A stretch of DNA of 64,000 nucleotides from Podarcis gaigeae (taxonomy: Eukaryota), in the NCBI GenBank assembly GCA_964106915.2, contig OZ066917.1, one strand, 5' to 3'. The number at the start of each line of letters is the position of its first letter. The first letter of the stretch is position 1. The translations under genes were made by a program, and so were the position numbers. Positions 62,602-64,000 of the stretch are shown here, in pieces. The notes under the pieces were generated by a model. It saw nothing but the letters and a program-made list of their open reading frames with translations. It searched no databases and was not told where the DNA came from.

Positions 62602-64000
62602 GTCAGACTGATGTTAGTCTCAAGACTCTAAGAAAATAGCAGTCAACAGGCGGCTTCCCAGTGGCTATGCTCTTCTGATGCTTTTGGCATCTTCTATAAA
62701 TACAAATACAGTAAAATGAAGAAATAATTTAACATGATTTAGACAATCACACAAAAACATATACATATCTGATGGACATATGAATATCAAAGTCTCAGAT
62801 TATTATTTCATAAGGCCATGACTTTCATCACTCAATGCCACAGTGAAGAGTAATTACAACATATACTCTATAGGACTGTACTTGAAAACAACTTTCTTTT
62901 CCTAGACTTGGGGCAGGAATCTTCAAATAAATGAGACATGAGCAAGCTTGTCCCTCCCAACAGTAACTTTCTTAATTATGCTTCTTCTAGCAAGAGAGCT
63001 TGGGACCAGTACATGTCTACCATCCTCACCTTTAGATCTCTCTTCAGTTCAAAATAGAAGAGGAACTACATAGCAAATCACACTCTGAACATACACTTCA
63101 AAACTAACATGAATAGTTACTTGGATTTTCCCAAATTAATGGCAAGCAGAGGTGGGTGACCCATGTATCTGAAAACATTGCTAGATGTACCTTGTGTATT
63201 TGGTAACCTGGTAAGTAAATGTTTGAAGTATTTATGCTTATGATGTACTGTATTCATTCTATAGTATATATAATATTACATACATAAAACTTCTTAATTC
63301 TGTCCTATCCTTTCATTTTAAAGTTAAGTACATGTATGTAACCCAGATAGATGAGAAACTAAGTACAGTAAATGAAGCTTTGCAGAAGCAATCCAACCTT
63401 GAAGATAAGGAGCCTTAGTAACTGCTTAGTGACCACATAAGCAGAATTGATACATTTGCCGGGGTGGGGAATGTGAATGGTTTTTCCCTTTCAAAGGTTG
63501 GAAGTAAAAAAGGCGGCTGGGACTAGTGGATATGAGGTGTGAAAATCAAGCTGCAACTGTGATGCAAGTAATCTGGACTTTGCTACTTTAATATGCAGAG
63601 AATCTAGGCCTACATAATGGATGTTCCCATGTGTGTGAAGACCTGGATTTTGGCAATGGATAATGTTGTTTCTGCAGACTTATGGCATTCTGGATCCCAA
63701 GAGATAGGGCTTTGTTCTCTATTTTGTACCTGTATAAAGACAGTTCTCTCTCAGTGCCAATTCCAAGAAGCCCACACAGTGAACCCTCAAAGAAGTAATG
63801 TGTCTGCAGCATTTCCTTCTCTCATGCCTCACCCTTTCCCTATTTTCATTTGTTACAAGGGTCCCTAGCCAGGATTCTTTGTGTGAGTATTACCCCATCC
63901 TTGGTATTGGTGTGGATGAGGGCTAGTCTGCTTAGGTAGGATAACTCCTTCCATCCAATTTCTAGTCCCCATTTCTCCATGAGGGAGAGGATGCATTAGC

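Noticed and set aside
1-64000. CRISPR arrays, rRNA genes, prokaryotic operons
   Set aside because: Vertebrate intron-exon DNA; no repeat-spacer arrays or rRNA-like sequence seen.

Overview
Eukaryotic (vertebrate) genomic DNA, most likely a lacertid lizard, judged by a young Sauria/POM-type SINE, BovB ends and squamate hAT MITEs. Three protein-coding loci are present. (1) The 3' end of glycerol kinase GK (+): the 87-nt hydrophobic cassette exon at 3022-3108, a terminal exon from 4721 and a 3'UTR to about 7450. (2) An unnamed gene (+, CDS 25665-42283) that I assembled by hand from 10 GT-AG exons with consistent phases. It encodes about 670 aa: an acidic/Ser-rich N-terminus, a coiled coil and a single C-terminal CAP-Gly domain with a GRHDG motif. 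Its probable promoter is the CpG island at about 12.2-13.2 kb. (3) The complete coding region of TAB3 (-, 62601-48453, six exons, about 680 aa), with a long 3'UTR converging on the new gene. The most interesting items are the CAP-Gly gene between GK and TAB3 (with several stop-containing exon-like relics and a duplicated splice donor), and a near-perfect 210-bp-arm Penelope-type palindrome carrying two hammerhead ribozyme cores just upstream of its first coding exon. Also notable are a candidate diverged TAB3 cassette exon, uORFs, and nested hAT elements. Most ORFs in the supplied track are non-coding artefacts. Family names come from recalled knowledge, not from database searches.
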